The position numbers and the translations under genes are program-made. The notes beneath the pieces were generated by a model. The model had not been told where the DNA came from. It ran no database searches and was given only the letters and a program-made list of their open reading frames with translations. A stretch of DNA of 35,787 nt from Spirochaetales bacterium (GTDB lineage: Bacteria > Spirochaetota > Spirochaetia > Treponematales > UBA12059): positions 1 through 35,787 of the forward strand of contig JAFGJV010000041.1 in the NCBI GenBank assembly GCA_016928955.1, in the 5' to 3' direction. How positions within the stretch are numbered: position 1 is the first letter of the stretch; each line of letters opens with the position of its first letter. Positions 33,691 through 35,787 of the stretch are shown one piece after another.

Positions 33691-35702
33691 CTAATTGTTA
33701 ATAGAGCTGACGGTACGCTGGGTTTCCTCGGATATCTCGGCTATGCCCTTGATCATGTCCAGGATGGTGCCCACGCCGCTGATCATGTCGCCGTACACGT
33801 CCTTTACGCCCATGGACACGTTCCGCAGTTCCTCTATGCCCTTGACCACCTGGGCCCCGCCCGAGGACAGCTCGCCAAAAGAGTCTATCAGCGACGACAT
33901 CTCGTCGGTCATGACACCCACGCCGCGCGATATGTCCCGTATGGACGTGCCCGTGCGCTCGGTCAGCTCGTCCGAGCTCCTGATCTGGTCGATGATGGCG
34001 CCCAGCCGCCCGGCTATGTCCCTGGCCTGGCCGCCGGTTGTCTCGGCCAGCTTGCGGATTTCCGACGCCACCACGGCAAAGCTCTTGCCGGCGTTGCCCG
34101 CGTGGGCTGCCTGTATGGCCGCGTTCATGGCCAGGAGGTTGGTCTTGTCCGCCACGTCGTGGATGACGTCTATCATCTGCCCTATGCCGGTCACGCCGCT
34201 GGCCGCCGTGCATATGGTATCGACCGTTGACGCCATGTCCCGCTCGCCCACGGCCGCCGCCTCGGCCAGCCTGGTGATTTGGTCGCGCTTGGTGGCCGCT
34301 ATGCTGGACGCGCTGGTCAGGGTGGCTATCATCTCCTCAACGGCCGCCGCGGACTGCTCGATGGCCGCGAACTGGGCCGCGCCGTCGCTCCGGAGCCTCT
34401 CCAGGGCCGTCCGTATGCTGTCCACCTGGCCCAGGGCATCCTGGATCTCGTCGTGCAGCCTGGCCGTGGACTGGTCCACAGCGGATTGTTCCTTCAGAAT
34501 GACCTTCTGCCGGTACAGGTGGCAGTTGTCCTTTTTGTTGAGCCCGTTGAATATGGCCACCGCCATGCCCTTGCAGGTCTTGTACCCGCAGGCCGCGCAG
34601 TTCAGGTGGTCTTCCGGGGTTTCCTTGAGCATGGCCGCGTAGATCTCGGCCAGCTGTTGCTCCGTTGGCATGACCAGTTGGTAGTTGCCGGAGCGGTCCA
34701 CGTAGGAGCGGTCGTACAGGCCGGGTTTCCAGTATCTGGACAGTACCTTGTCCACCGAACGCCTGGACACGGCGTCCGAGCCCTTCTTGCCGGCGTACTG
34801 CCTGCGCCGCTCCTCTGCCAACAGTTCCACGTGCCGTTCTATCTCGTCAGGCGACTTGCCGCGGTTGAGCGTCCCGGGTCCCGCGTTGCAGCCAAAGTCG
34901 CAGTTCAGGCAGTCGACCAGCGCGGGGTTGATGCCCTGCTCCACCGACTCGGCCAGGCCGTTGAGGTAGGGATATATCAGGTCCGGCCCCTCTATCTTGC
35001 GGGTTTTGGCCTGTATGCCGGGCACGTCCCGCATGGCCGTGCGCAGAAGCCCTCCTGGCGACGAGAACAGCACCGCCCGTTCGGCGGGCGGGTTGTCGAA
35101 ATCAGCCTCCGGCTGGGAGGCCAGGCTTACCTTGCGCCGTTCCAGCTCGGCCTTGAACGATAGGATGGTAACGTTCCAGTCCCCCACGGCAGTTTCCTCG
35201 AACTCGCGTTTCTTGGCGGCGCAGGGCGACACCACCACCACGCGGTGCCCGGAATACTGCGGGTAAAACTGCCTGATCATCTTGATGGTGTGCAGCATGG
35301 GGCTGTCCGCGGGGGCCAGATGCCGGAGCAGTTCGGGCCGGTAGATTTCCACGTAGCTGACTATGGCCGGACAAGGCTGGGCTATGACCATCGCGGGTTT
35401 GTTTTTTTTCAGGTGACTGACGTAGGACTTGACCGTGAGCTCGGCGCCAAAGCTGACGTCAAAGCACGCGTCCACGCCCAGCGACTTGAGCCAGCCCAGG
35501 AAGCGCTTGTGCTGGCCCGGGAAACTGGACACCAGGGCGGGTGCCGCTATTGCCACGATCTTCTGCCCTTCGGCCAGAGCTTTGAAAAAGCCCTCGGCGT
35601 CGTCCAGGATGTAGCGCGCCTTCTGGGTGCAGGCGGCAACGCAGCTGCCGCAACCTATGCACAGATCCGCGTTGATGGACACCTTGTCGCCCGAGCCGTC
35701 TA
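33691..35702 (-). pseudogene. Sensory [FeFe]-hydrogenase-like/FeS/MCP fusion (group C chemotactic type), 5' end cut by an IS256-family element
   Basis: [11 protein letters not shown] ferredoxin, [34 protein letters not shown]...C FeS domain, C-terminal MCP signature [16 protein letters not shown]...[13 protein letters not shown]. The frame runs into the IS IR at 35703. Confidence 0.85.
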
Positions 35703-35787
35703 GGTAGTGTAAAGTTCTTTCTGTAAATTGGTGGGGCTTGAAGCGGTGGGCCGATCCGGTCTTCCATGGGTTTGTCGAGAACTCAGA
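35703..35787 (+). mobile_element. End (probably left end) of an IS256-family insertion sequence
   Basis: GGTAGTGTAAAGTTCTTTCTGTAAAT 26-bp IS256-like IR sharing TTTCTGTAAAT with the reverse complement of 61-86. Abrupt compositional break inside a CDS at the window edge. Confidence 0.8.

Noticed and set aside
35459..35767. 102-aa minus-strand ORF starting inside the IS end
   Set aside because: It is an out-of-frame chimera of IS terminal sequence and the interrupted gene; there is no evidence it is a real CDS.
1..35787. Window is a circular plasmid or excised element closed by one IS
   Set aside because: It carries core genes (valS, deoC, truA), and the two IS flanks do not form a target-site duplication. 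The IS ends more simply explain assembly breaks.

Overview
GC-rich bacterial chromosomal segment, most likely from a free-living anaerobic spirochaete. This is inferred from the spirochaete-type ValS N-terminus, BMP lipoproteins, a PEGA protein, an [FeFe]-hydrogenase/MCP fusion and CTCTAAAAAC-type palindromes. Both window ends are IS256-family ends: a transposase 3' tail plus IR at 1-86, and an IR plus leader at 35703-35787 that cuts off the start of a chemotactic sensory [FeFe]-hydrogenase-like gene. Most of the window is housekeeping or signalling: valS, an HD/SAH hydrolase, deoC, two BMP lipoproteins, a nucleoside ABC transporter and zupT; a 7TM adenylate cyclase; pepF; a HisKA_2 kinase; fur with a Fur box and feoAB; sbcB; a PAS-GGDEF protein; an AKR; rluA/truA; a GNAT; ogt; PEGA; an ArsC-like protein and DUF401. 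The most unexplained part is the non-coding 87-640 region. It holds a 12-unit in-phase ACTAT(C/G)T array with a 22-23 bp period that switches repeat type half way, then a ~79-80 bp tandem duplication, then two adjacent hairpins with different stems but almost the same 10-nt loop. The window also has two families of small dispersed palindromic or MITE-like elements and a self-contained small-protein transcription unit. All calls come from reading the sequence; no database searches were run.
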